Assembly: GCA_951406725.2 (NCBI GenBank)
Contig: OX597826.1
Coordinates: 68,882,001-68,946,000, forward strand
Reading direction: 5' to 3'
DNA length: 64,000 nt
Origin: Octopus vulgaris
Lineage: Eukaryota
The notes beneath the pieces were generated by a model. The model did not search any database. It was not told the DNA's origin and saw only the letters and a program-made list of their open reading frames with translations. Both the position numbers and the translations under genes were made by a program. The first letter of the stretch is position 1. Each line of letters opens with the position of its first letter. Below are positions 43,267-56,040 of the stretch, one piece after another.

Positions 43267-44149
43267 TATTCATATAAAATACAGTGTACATTTAAACACA
43301 GTAAGAGGTATCCGTCATAGGACTCCGTTACTCTAGAAGGAACAGCTAAAGTCCAAACCACTAATTAGGGATAAAATCTCGAAGGGAATGAAAAATAAAA
43401 ACATTTACCATCTATTTCGTGGACCATGGTTTCAGACTTTTTTTTAGCTAAAACATAATTTGCTAGGCGAAGTCTTCGTCAGCAGGTACGCCAAGATTAA
43501 ACATATAAGTACGAGGGGAATCCAGCATGTACTTCTTGCTTATACCTTCTAATTCTTTTTCAAATCCACCGCGCGAGCACAGTTTTTTGTCGGCAGCGAA
43601 AAAAGATGCCGGCAATTTCTTCGAACGATTTTCCAGAAATAATTGTACGTAATAATATCAGTGTCATAAAGATTTTAGAAATTTTTACTACATGTGGCCA
43701 GGCGTATAGAAAAAATAGTCAATAGACTATATATTATTCATATAAAATACAGTGTACAATTAAACAAATTAAAAAACAATTAAAAAAGAGGTATACATCA
43801 TAGGACTCCCTTACGCTAGAAGGAACAGCTAAAGTTCAAACCACTAACTAGGGATAAACTCGCCTAGCAACTTACTATATTTGCTAAAAAAAATGTCTGA
43901 AATCATGGTCCAGGAAATAGATGGTTATAGATTTATTTTACATTTCATTCGAGATTTTATCCCTAATTAATGGTTTGAACTTTAGCTGTTCCTTCTAGCG
44001 TAAGGGAGCCCTATGATGGATACCTCTTAATGTGTTTAAATGTACATTGTATTTTATATGAATAATATATAGTCTATTGAATAATTTTTCTATACGCTAG
44101 GCCACATGTAGTAAAAGTTTCTAAAATCTTTATTATCGTGATATTATTA
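43261..44149. mobile_element. ORF-less element with direct plus inverted terminal repeats (Penelope pLTR-like architecture)
   Basis: 43261-43378 is repeated directly at about 43730-43858; 43860-44149 is the reverse complement of 43261-43470 plus 43650-43730; TA-rich flanks. Confidence 0.75.
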
Positions 44150-45341
44150 ATTATAAATATTATTAATTATATATATAGTAAGAGGAGGGATATAATATCC
44201 ATGTAGATACCGAATTTCTCTTTGTAAAATGCCAAGGCTAGCTCCATAAGACAGTAAATTTCCTTTAACTCCTATCCGATGTCACAGGTTTTTTTGGGCT
44301 ACTTAGTGTGTAAAGTACAATATTTATAATAATGAGAAGAATTTGAACATTCAAAATTTATGTTTATTTCAAGTATAAATGTATATATGTGTGTGTGTGT
44401 GTGAGTGTATGCGAGAGTCTTGTATAAATGCCATCAGAAGTCAAGTTTGTAAAATTTCAAGCCATATGATGCTCTAGATTTCATTGGAATCTGATAAGAA
44501 GACACTCATCTTTGTGGCAAAATTATGGATTTCGCGATTCACGTGCTCGCAAATTTATAGTTGAGATAGCGAAGAAGACTCCTTCTCAACTATTTTTCAC
44601 AACAGTGATCATATCGTAAAACCAAATCGAAATAACTGGTTATATTGATCGATTTTCAGAAATCGATCTATATTTTGAATGATGCATGAAAGTTAAAATT
44701 CCTCTAATTTTAGAGCGATGCGTTGGTACAAGGACATATTAGAAATTCTTAAGCAGAATCCAAAGCGAAAAACACTTGATGTTTCCTTTTTATAGAAATA
44801 ATGTTCTCAGAGAACCAATAGCACTGTTGTTTATTGTTTCTTATTTTTTATTACATGAACAGTCAAAAGGGATTGAATTTGATAGAATTTTAAATATTTT
44901 TGTTCAAAGCGTATTTCCTCTACACATTCAGTATATATTTTTATTGACTAACATATAATTTGGTTCAAAGGAATTTTTTCTATACGTTTAGAAGGATTGT
45001 AGGGTTACTGTATTTTAAATTCGTATATACGTTAACATTTAAAAGAAAATATTTGCATAAAATCTATGCTTAACATTACATTGGTAATGAAAGTTTCTAA
45101 TAGCGAATTAATAAAGTACATCGTCCTTAAATTCGTTAAACGAGGCATTACGATGTGGGCATATGTGTGTGTGTGTGTGTGAGTGTGTGTGTATGTGTGT
45201 GAGTGAGTGTGTCTGTATGTATATATATGCATATACAAATATATATGCATAAATACATATACAAATATACCCACACATATATGTATATCTATCTGTCTAT
45301 CTCTCTCTCTCTCTTTCTCTCACTCAGTCAATCTATCTATC

Positions 45342-45372
<31 letters not shown>

Positions 45373-45389
45373 CTACCTATCTATCTATA

Positions 45390-45455
<66 letters not shown>

Positions 45456-46020
45456 CATGTAGATGTATCTAATTGTATAAGAACAAGGCTCGTTTCTGCA
45501 AAGCTAACTTTTGATAGCAGCGCAGGCTATCTTCAGCAAAACAAGCAATATTAATGGTGGATTAGACTTCGTTATTAATAATGGAATACGAGCACACACT
45601 GATAGAACATACTTTCGTGCAAGCAGTGTGCAAATGAGAAACTAAAGAAAATGGAAGCAAAATAAGATGAACTTATCTGAAATCAAAACAGCATTGTAGT
45701 TATAGGAATAGGATAGGTTTACATCATATATTACACATACGACTGAAACGTAATGCTTTCGGATTGGTTTAATATGAAGCGTACAAACAGAAAGTGTTCA
45801 ATGAGCATTGACACAAAACACTCGAATTCTGAGAGCTGCCATTTTAGTGTGTGAGATAAAGAGAGGAAAAGGTCAGAAAAATACGGAGAGTGTCAACGAA
45901 TATACTGAGAAATCACACACACACATGCACAAACACACACATACACACACACACAAAACACACACAGACACGCACACACACACACGCAAACATATGTATG
46001 TATGTGTATGTGTGTACTTA

Positions 46021-46060
<40 letters not shown>

Positions 46061-46247
46061 TCCAGATATATAGATATATATGCATACAAATAGATTTTAA
46101 GTATACACATATACATACATATATACATACATATATATATATAAATATATATATATAATATGCGTATATACGAATGGAAATATACATACGTAGAGAAATA
46201 TACATAGATATATGCACACTCAGCTATATATATATACATACATATGC

Positions 46248-46292
<45 letters not shown>

Positions 46293-46338
46293 CATGTATA
46301 TATGCCCATATATAAATGTATGCATAAGTACATATATA

Positions 46339-46394
<56 letters not shown>

Positions 46395-46427
46395 TGTAAG
46401 TGTGTATATGCAAACAGAGTCAAATAC

Positions 46428-46475
<48 letters not shown>

Positions 46476-46674
46476 GCACCTTATGCATACATTTTACGCA
46501 CGTATTCATGTCAAAATAAGTGCAACTAGATATGCATCTGTGTAAATAGCTACATTTGGAATATTCTATCAAAATAAATATTTTTGTAGAAAGCATTTAT
46601 TCTGAATACAGGGATATTTCTCAGGCGCACGTAGGCATACACAAACACACAAACGTATTGGTACGCATATATGT

Positions 46675-46707
<33 letters not shown>

Positions 46708-47066
46708 CATTTATGTGCATATGTGTATATGCATTCAACTCTCCATCAATATATATGTGTGTGTGTGCATGTATGTATGCGAGTGTGTGTTTATATATTT
46801 ATACACACATGATTATTTCATTTACGAAATTCCCAAAAATATTTTTGTATATGTAAATGTATGTATACAAATATATATGCATGTAGAAATGTTTGCGCAT
46901 ACATGTGCATAATTGGCATGTGACTACATATATATATGTTTACGCATATACTGTTATGTACATACATACACACAGATAAACTCACATATATTTATATGCA
47001 TGTATACATGTGCATATAGAAATATGTGTGTGTGCGTTTGCGTGTGTGTCTACATGTGTGCCCGTC

Positions 47067-47111
<45 letters not shown>

Positions 47112-47206
47112 AGGTATATATGCAAATGAATTTATGATTTTCATACTTGGAATATTCATAAGTATTCATGTCTCTATTTAGTAATCATATATATATATAT
47201 ATACAT

Positions 47207-47286
<80 letters not shown>

Positions 47287-47352
47287 GTATATGTATGTAT
47301 GCATGCATAAATATATATATATGTACATATTTGTATGTATATACATATATAC

Positions 47353-47431
<79 letters not shown>

Positions 47432-47931
47432 TTATTATTATTGCATATTTTTATATATACGCTGACACACACACACATACCTACATACATACTTACACAC
47501 ATATCTGAGTGAAAATATGTGAATTGTAAATGGAAATAGAAATACTTATCAATTTTCTAAATGTACAAATCATAAACAAGGTTTTTGTTAGCTTTTGTTA
47601 AAAGCGGGAAAATTAATTAGTTGCTCAGGGCATGACATATTTATCACGATACTGAGAGTTTGAGAACATGTTCATTTTTTTCTCACACTCTATACACTCC
47701 TGTGCGTAAACGTGGTTGCATTTGTGCTTCTATGTAAGTTTGTGTATGTGTGTGGGGTGTTTGGGGAGTTTGGGGTGTTGTATGTGGGTGTTGTGCAAGA
47801 TTGTCCTGATAAGTTAAAACAGATAGGTATAAATACATGGGGGAAGGATAAAACAACTCGTAAATGACTGAAGCTCTGCAATGAGCAAGCTATAAGGAGA
47901 AATAAGGAGAAATGATCTGACAAGGAATATC

Positions 47932-47932
47932 G

Positions 47933-47997
<65 letters not shown>

Positions 47998-48087
47998 GAC
48001 GACGATCGTATCGTTGGTGATGATGGTGATTGTGATGATAGTGATGATGATGATGATGATGATGACGATGATGATGAAGATGACGAC

Positions 48088-48127
<40 letters not shown>

Positions 48128-48159
48128 GTGATGGTGATGATGATGATGATGACGACGAC

Positions 48160-48196
<37 letters not shown>

Positions 48197-48449
48197 GTGA
48201 TGGTGATGGTGATGATGATGATGATGATGATGACGACGATGATGATGATGATGATCATGGTCATGATCATTATGACGATGATCAATATTCTGGCGATGTT
48301 GATGATGATAATAATAATAATAATAATAATAATATTAATAATAATAATGATAATGATTATGATGATGATGATGATGACGACGACGACGACGACAATGATG
48401 ATGATGATGAAAATGATGATGATAACGATGACGATTGACGATGGTGATT

Positions 48450-48484
<35 letters not shown>

Positions 48485-48960
48485 GATGATGACCATGATG
48501 ATGATGATAACGACGACGACGACGACGATGATGATGATGATCACGATGATGATAATGATGATAACATGATAAAGGGTGTGTTGGTGGGGGCTATGGTTGT
48601 CCTGGTGAGAATTTTAGTTGTGGCGATGTTGAAGACGATACACAGGATGGTCATGATAACGTTGATGATGCTGATGATTAAAAAGAGGTGATTGTGGTGG
48701 TGGTGGTGGTGGTAGCGACGATGATGGTGATGATGATGGTGATGATGATGATGATGATGATGATAATGATGATGATGATGATGATGATGATGTCGATGAT
48801 GGTGATGATGATGATGATGATGATGAGGATGATGATGATGATGATGATGATGACGACGACGACGATGATGATATAGCTGAATTTTTTAAATAAAGCGGAA
48901 CTACAAGAAATGAAAGAGGAAAAGGAGGAGTAGGAGTAGGAGAAGAAGTAGAAGAAGAAG

Positions 48961-48992
<32 letters not shown>

Positions 48993-49040
48993 GAAGAAGA
49001 GGAAAGAAAAAGAAGAAGAAGAAGAAGAAGAAGAAGAAGA
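47932..49040. repeat. Compound trinucleotide microsatellite (AAT)n/(GAT)n/(GAC)n/(GAA)n
   Basis: Seen directly; source of the poly-M/D/S/L ORFs. Confidence 0.95.
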
Positions 49041-49756
49041 CGAAGAAGGAGAATGAGGAGGAGGGGGAACAGGAGGGGGTGAAGGAGGTGAAGGAGGAAG
49101 AGGTGGTGGAGTAGGATTAGTAGAAGGAAAATGAGGTGGAGGAGGAGGAGGAGGTGGAGGAAAAGGAAGATAAAGAGGAGGAGGATAAATTTAATAAGGA
49201 GGAGGAGGAAGAAGGGGAGGAGACTTTTCGTCTGTAACTTTTGTCGCAATGTCAGTTTTTCTGTGGAATCTTTTGGATTGGCAGTTATAAAATTTTGTTG
49301 TGTTTTTCTTTTATTTATTTTGTCATTGTTCGAAATATTGTAATTGTTTACGTCTCGATGTTATCGTTTTTGATTTTGTTGCCGTTGCTCTTCTTAATCT
49401 TGTTGTTGTTTCTATTGTTTTACCTGCACAGGTAGGATTGTCAACAGCAATAACAAACTAGTGCACGTTCGATCTCTATTCATAGAACTGTACGTTTGTC
49501 TTTTGCACTCTCTTTCTCTTTTCACACTCTCTCTCTCTCTCTCTCTCTATCTCTATCTATCTACGTATTTCTTTCTCTCTATGTATACACCTTTCCATCT
49601 AAGTATATACTGACATCCACACGCGCACGAACCCCGCCCCATGCAAACACTTATTTTAATTGGGTGATATAGCATAGTGACCTAAGTGCCGATAATTTCA
49701 TGCCAGGCACTTACCGAAATATGTGCATAGAATGTATATATACATGTATGCATGTA

Positions 49757-49838
<82 letters not shown>

Positions 49839-50044
49839 TATATACATATATATGAATTTATATTTACATATCTATACATACATACATATGTATATTATAT
49901 ATATATATATTGTACATATACATATTTATGTATATATATGAACGTATGCATGTATATATATGCAAGCATATATATACATACAAATATATATGTATATATA
50001 TATATACATATATATATATGTATATATGTATATATGTATGTATA

Positions 50045-50466
50045 TGTGGTAGACCGAACTGTGCAACATGTCCAAACCTGCTACAAGGATCAGAATTCCT
50101 CTTCAAAGAGGGACAGAAATTCAAGATCAAATCTAATTTCACTTGTGCCTCTGAAAACATAATTTATGTCATAAAATGCTCGGGCTGCCACCAAGACTAC
50201 GTGGGAACCACGAGACTATCACTCAGACGTAGATGTACACTGCATCGACAACAGATTGCATTCCCAGAATACAGAATGATACCTTTAGTGAGCACAATGA
50301 GAAATGCGCAAAGCAACTACTACCACAATTTTTAATCTTTCCATTTTACCAATGTGCTATCGGAACACCAACACAAATTAGACTAAACAAGGAAATATTC
50401 TTCATTGAAAAGTACAAGCCCAGACTTAACCATTCTAACATACTTATACAGAGAAATTCACTCTAA
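50045..50466 (+). pseudogene. Penelope-like element GIY-YIG endonuclease (Neptune-like, with Cys linker), 5'-truncated, one frameshift
   Basis: CGRPNCATC...[40 protein letters not shown], then a frameshift near 50288 to SEHNEKC...FPFYQ...RLNKEIFFIEKYKPRLN. Confidence 0.9.
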
Positions 50467-50583
50467 AGGAAAGACAAAAAGTTTTAAGCGATTATCTCCC
50501 TTACATCGGAAGAAATCACTTATTTGGAACTCTTCTCAACATAAACATAACGATAACTCTTCTCAACATAAACATAACGATGT

Positions 50584-50623
50584 AAGAAATTTGAAAAGCT
50601 GAACGCGAAACCGGTCATTTCTT
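50584..50623 (+). ncRNA. Minimal type I hammerhead ribozyme, U3-A8 variant, in the PLE 3' region
   Basis: AAGAAAT | TTGAAAA | GC tgaac GC | GAAAC CG GTC | ATTTCTT: perfect 7-bp stem I, palindromic stem III ACCGGT, GUC cleavage triplet. Confidence 0.8.
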
Positions 50624-50745
50624 CTAAGCTCTGTCATTGTAAGAAAAAAATTGATAACATTCTTCAGACATATTGACTCAAATATATATTTTTTAACCTT
50701 TTAAAACAAGCCTTCTGTAGTTTTTTCACTTTTTACTATTTTCTA

Positions 50746-50845
<100 letters not shown>

Positions 50846-50869
50846 CATACATACATATATATATGGGTG

Positions 50870-51195
50870 TGTGTCTTCTACTATAGCATCAGGCCACCAA
50901 AACCACGTGAATGGATCTGGTTAGCGGTGGAAACTGAAAGAATCTCGTCATATAAATAGGTGTGTATCTGTGTTTGTGTGTGACTTCGTGTCTGTGTTTG
51001 ACCCCATCACCACTTGAAAAACAGTGCTGTTGTATTTACGTCCTCGTAACTTAGCTTTCTCTAAAAGAGACCGATAGAATAAGTATCAAGCTTAGAAAGG
51101 AATACGTACAGGGATCAGTTCGTTCGACCAAAATTTTTCAAGGCGGTGCCCCAGCATGGACGCAGTCTAGTGGCTGAAAGAAGTAAACGGTAAAC
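50870..51195 (+). mobile_element. Decayed SINE family B (5'-truncated)
   Basis: GTGTCTTCTACTATAGC, GGAAACTGAAAGAA, GAGACCGATAGAATAAGTA and AAGGCGGTGCCCCAGCATGG motifs. Confidence 0.8.
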
Positions 51196-51710
51196 ATTAA
51201 ACAAAATATAGCTTCCGAAGTGTACAACGTGAATCACAAAAGCCTGGTATTTTTATTATCTAGATTCTGTCCAAATAATTTTATTTTCTATATTTTCGAG
51301 AAAATTGCTTCAATATTCTGAACATAGAATAACAGGAAACTCTTCTTTTCAGGGTATGTCAGCAGCATTATATATCCAAATATTCAAAATATAAAAGTCT
51401 GATACGAGAAAAAGGAATGTCTATGTACATATGTATTCATGTGTGTATGGACACATAGATATATTCAAATATATGTATGTATGTATGTGTGTGTGTGATT
51501 GTATGTACATATATATATATATGTATGGATGAAACGTATATATATGCATATATGCCCACATACATGTGTCTAAATACTATTGTGTCAACACATACACGCA
51601 CGCACATATGCACAGTCACGGACACACACGCACACATGCACACACGCACACACACATATATATGTATATATATATATAGATATATATGTATATATATATA
51701 TATATATGCA

Positions 51711-51814
<104 letters not shown>

Positions 51815-52430
51815 ATATTAAATTATATTAAATTATATATATATATATAATAAGAACGTATGTATGTGTGTGTATATATAAACATAAGAACTGTGTCTTT
51901 CCAATTCCTATTGTTGTCTGGTAAAGACTATGGAAAGAAATGCTTCTTAATAATATGAAGATTGAAATGCAATTTCTAGGCTTAACAACTGAGACAATAG
52001 AAAACAAATATATAAAAAAAAGTGATTAACAAATTGAAGAAGAACCAAATAAAAGCTAAAAAAAGGACATCTTATTTAAAGCATTTTGAACGTCGGAAAA
52101 TAGGACTGCAAAGGAGGAGAACAAGACTTTTATGATACGAACGTTGGCGGGAATGTGAATATATGTTTCGAAGTTATGAAAAGGAATTTAAGAGAGAATA
52201 CAACTGAGACAACCTTTTGGTGAAGAATATTAACAGTTTAAAACATATGCAGTTACTTTCCAAACGTCCAAACAGCATTTTAATAATTTCATAATAATGG
52301 TAACGGAATATTGTTGTATTTAGGAATGGTCATGTTGCCAGTTTAGCCAATAAAAAACACACGCACTATATATTTGGTGTTAATTTGCTGCAGCTTTATT
52401 TATTTTTTGGATTAATCTTAATCTTATTTC

Positions 52431-52475
52431 GGCCAGAGTTCTTTCGTCGCACTTCTGTGACCTCATCAGTGGTCC
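52431..52475 (-). ncRNA. Minimal type I hammerhead ribozyme candidate
   Basis: Minus strand GGACCA CTGATGA G GTCACA gaag TGCGAC GAAAG aa CTC TGGCC; stems I, II and III can form; lies between 12-bp direct repeats TGGTAACGGAAT (52298, 52530). Confidence 0.65.
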
Positions 52476-52694
52476 TTTCCTTTCTTCTTTCTTATTTGTG
52501 TGTCTCTCCTTACTAACGCTCAGCCATTTTGGTAACGGAATCGTTACATCTAAAACCTGCATTGGAACTCCGTCGGTTACGACGACATGTGGTTCCAGTT
52601 AATGAGGTTAACGCAACACCCTGCACGTGAAATTGAGGTGCAAATAACGGAGCACGCCACAGACACATGCGTGCCCTTAAGGTACTTGTCTTAT

Positions 52695-53062
52695 TCCTTC
52701 ATGTGTCTCAGTCGTTTGACTGCGGCCATGCATAGAGCACCGCCTCTAGTCGAACAAATCGATCCCAGGTCTCATTCTATCGGTGTCTTAGGCCGAACCG
52801 CTATGTTACAGGGACCTCATCACACCAGCATCGGTTGTCAAGCGATGGTGTGGGGACAAACACACACACATAAACGCACACACACACATTATATGTATAT
52901 ATACGATGGGCTTCCTTCAGTTTCCATCTACCAAATCCACCCTCAAGGCTTTGGTCGGGTCGCAGCTATAGTACAAGACACTTGACCAAGATGCCACGCA
53001 GTCGGACTGCACCCGGAACCATGTGGTTGGTAAGCAAGCTACTTACAACACAGCCACTCCTA
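52695..53062 (-). mobile_element. SINE family B
   Basis: Homologous to 31365-31868. Confidence 0.82.
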
Positions 53063-53099
53063 ACTAACTCATATGGATGTACCAGTAATTACTTTGGAG

Positions 53100-55420
53100 A
53101 AAATACTAATATCTGTCATCAGACATTGTATTGTTTCGATAGAAAAATCTCGAGATAGAAGAACCGTAATGTAAAACATGAACAAAAGAAGTGCTTTTTT
53201 TTAAATCGAACTGTGAGATACCAAGACATAACATGGCTACCAAACAGGAGTTAATAGACGTTATTAATTTCTCGAAGCAAACGTTAAACGACGCACAGGT
53301 GAAAATGTGATCAAAGAGATTGATACTTACACCTATTACCCCTAACTCCAACTTAATTGAAATGAAAAATGCATTACAAATTTCTGCCTAAAATGACTAG
53401 CATTTCCTTCTTTTTTTTAAACAGATGATACAAATGAACTACTAATAGAAATCAATGTGAATTCAGTCCGAAGAAAGGAAAGAATATCGTTGTGGACAAC
53501 TTCTCTGAACACATTACCATTTTCCCCATTTAATGCATTAGAATAAGAATTATAAAATCAAATTTCTCAAAACAAGAATGGAAACATCTAAAGAGCCAAC
53601 TAAATGGCACTTAAATTACAGTTAAAATCTGTATAGGTAGAGCGATTGTTATTGTGCATAAAAAATATTATAATGCGCGTGCGTACAAAATATTATATAG
53701 TGCTTGTACTTAGAATCTTAGAGAATAATGACTATTACGAATAAATATTCAAAAATAAATAGGAAAACTCGCACGTTTATTGAATAATTCTTGCAAATGT
53801 AACACATCTGAAGAATTTGGTGAGATAAATAACTCCAGATGCAAAACTAGAAATATATATAGTTTACATAGAACAAAATAAAACAGACGCTTGTAAAATC
53901 TCTAACCGAAATATATCAAAATACCACCACCAAGCGATTTTAATCTAAAAGCTGTTATAGGAGGCCTCCATGTGAAATATAGAGGGAAAGCAAAATTTTG
54001 ACATCTTACTAAAAGATTTCTTATAACATACGGAATTTTATTCAAGATGATATACTTATTCACTTACCAAACACAGTGAGTCAAAATACAATTATTTTTT
54101 ATTTTTTGTCTGTTTTTATTTTGTTTTCTTTTACATGTTTAATTTACACGTAATAGTTCATGACAATGGAGAATTTACGATTAAATGTTGCCTTCATGTT
54201 TTGCGAAGTCAAACTGAAAAAAAATCTACTGTTGATGGACTGAGAGTCACATTGCATTACATTATATTAGATAGTGTAGTATAAGTCAATTATGAGAAAA
54301 CTGCTATGAAAACAAAAAAAATTGTCCTTACAAATGCAATCATTGCAAAGATTTACCATGGGAAGGAAATTTACGATGGGTCTTACCAAATATTTGAAAA
54401 CACTTATCAAAAAGAAAACTGAAAATGCTACCTAGATATCTTCTAAAGTCAGGAGAATTTAATAAAGAAATGAAATTTAAGTAAGTAATAAATAATATAA
54501 ACAAAATTATTCGGTTCTCGATGGAATTCAAGCGGAAAGAATTACGATTTTTAGACATTTCAATTATGACAAAATGTAGGAGGAAAGCATCAAATATCTA
54601 ATAGAAACCCGCAGGATCAAAACAGTATTTTTGTTTACACATCCTGCTTCCCTAAATATATAAAAAAACGCACATTCCGTTCCTGTAAGCAAATACGATT
54701 TGCGCATGTGTATCAAATACTACAGATTGAGACCATGGGTTGTCAGAATTGAAAAATATACTATTTCAAACAGCGTTTTCATTTGGACTTAATAAAAATG
54801 GAAAACAAATCGAAAATATATAGAACTTACAGAAATATCTCTTTTACTTGTTTCAGTCATTTGACTGTGACCATGCTGGAGTACCGCCTTTACTCGAGCA
54901 AATCGACCCCAGGACTTGTTCTTTGTAAGCCTAGTACTTATTCTATCGGTCTCTTTTGCCGAACCTCTAAGTTACGGAGTCGTAAACACACCAGCATCGG
55001 TTGTCAAACACACAAACACACATATATATATACATATATATATATATACATATACATATATACGACGGGTTTCTTTCAGTTTTCATCTACCAAATCTACT
55101 CACAAGGCTTTGATCGGCCCGAAGCTATAGTAGAAGACACTTGCCCAAGTTGCCACGCTGTGGGACTGAACCCGGAACCATGTGGTTGGTAAGCAAGCTA
55201 CCTACCACACAGCCACTCCTACGCCTATATACAGAACTTGCAGAAATATATAGAAATTATAGAACTAAGGAGTAAAATAGAAGATAATGTTGTTCCATAT
55301 GTATCTGTATTTGTCACGAAAAATACCAAAGTATTTAAGCATATACAAAACAACTTGCCTGTTCTGTTTGAAAATCTAACGATGAAAAATTTCTAGGAGA
55401 ATCAACAAAAAGCAACTGCA
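53100..55420 (+). pseudogene. Heavily decayed Penelope-like element reverse transcriptase ORF, interrupted by a SINE
   Basis: Residual PLE motifs in the expected order: GRAIVIVHKKYY (about 53635), KTAMKTK (about 54297, cf. GTAMGT), FSMEFKRKELRFLDISI (about 54515), RKPAGSKQY and TSCFPKYIKK (about 54603-54670), NVVPYVS...IQNNLPVL (about 55285-55370). Confidence 0.75.
54839..55226 (-). mobile_element. SINE family B, full length, with TSD
   Basis: 23-bp duplication ATATA(T/C)AGAACTT(A/G)CAGAAATAT at 54816-54838 and 55227-55249. Confidence 0.9.
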
Positions 55421-55780
55421 GATATTGCAGTATTACACCGTTATTCTTCATCCATCTTCAACACTTTCTTCTCTGTACGCGATTGTATAACTTATTCATA
55501 TTACTGTATCTGCCTGAAAGTATCCCTTGGCCAGTTCTATACATAAAACTGAATCTGCTCGTTTTCAGCCATTAACAAACAGTGCATAAACGAGTTGGAA
55601 TTTAATCTAAAATGTATGTATGTATGTATGTATGTATGTATGTATGTATGTATGTATGTATGTATGTATGTATGTATGTATGGATGTATGGATGTATTTA
55701 TGTATATATATATATATATATGTATATATATACATGTATATATATATACATGTATATATATATATACATGTATATATATA

Positions 55781-55813
<33 letters not shown>

Positions 55814-55815
<2 letters not shown>

Positions 55816-56040
55816 TACATACATATAAGAAAGAATTTCCACTATGTGGAAATCCTTGTTAGAAGAAGATCCGCTATGGCCTTACCACTAATAATTGTTC
55901 TCTAGAAAATTTAGCAAACACCAGAAACATAAGCTTACGTTTCTGGGGTTTGCTAAATTCTTAGTGGTAAGACCATGGCGGATATTCTTCTAACATAAGG
56001 GTTTCCTCATAGTGTTAATTCCCTCTTTTATGTATGCAAT
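55814..56040. repeat. Imperfect palindrome of about 225 bp (foldback) adjoining a TA tract
   Basis: Centre AAGCTT (55931-55936); arms AATTTAGCAAAC.CCAGAAAC, CTTACCACTAA, TTAGAAGAA.ATCCGC.ATGG and CACTATG.GGAAA.CCTT all have reverse complements on the other side. Confidence 0.88.

Noticed and set aside
48014-49249. Poly-Met/Asp/Ser ORFs (also 20868-21464)
   Set aside because: Trinucleotide microsatellites
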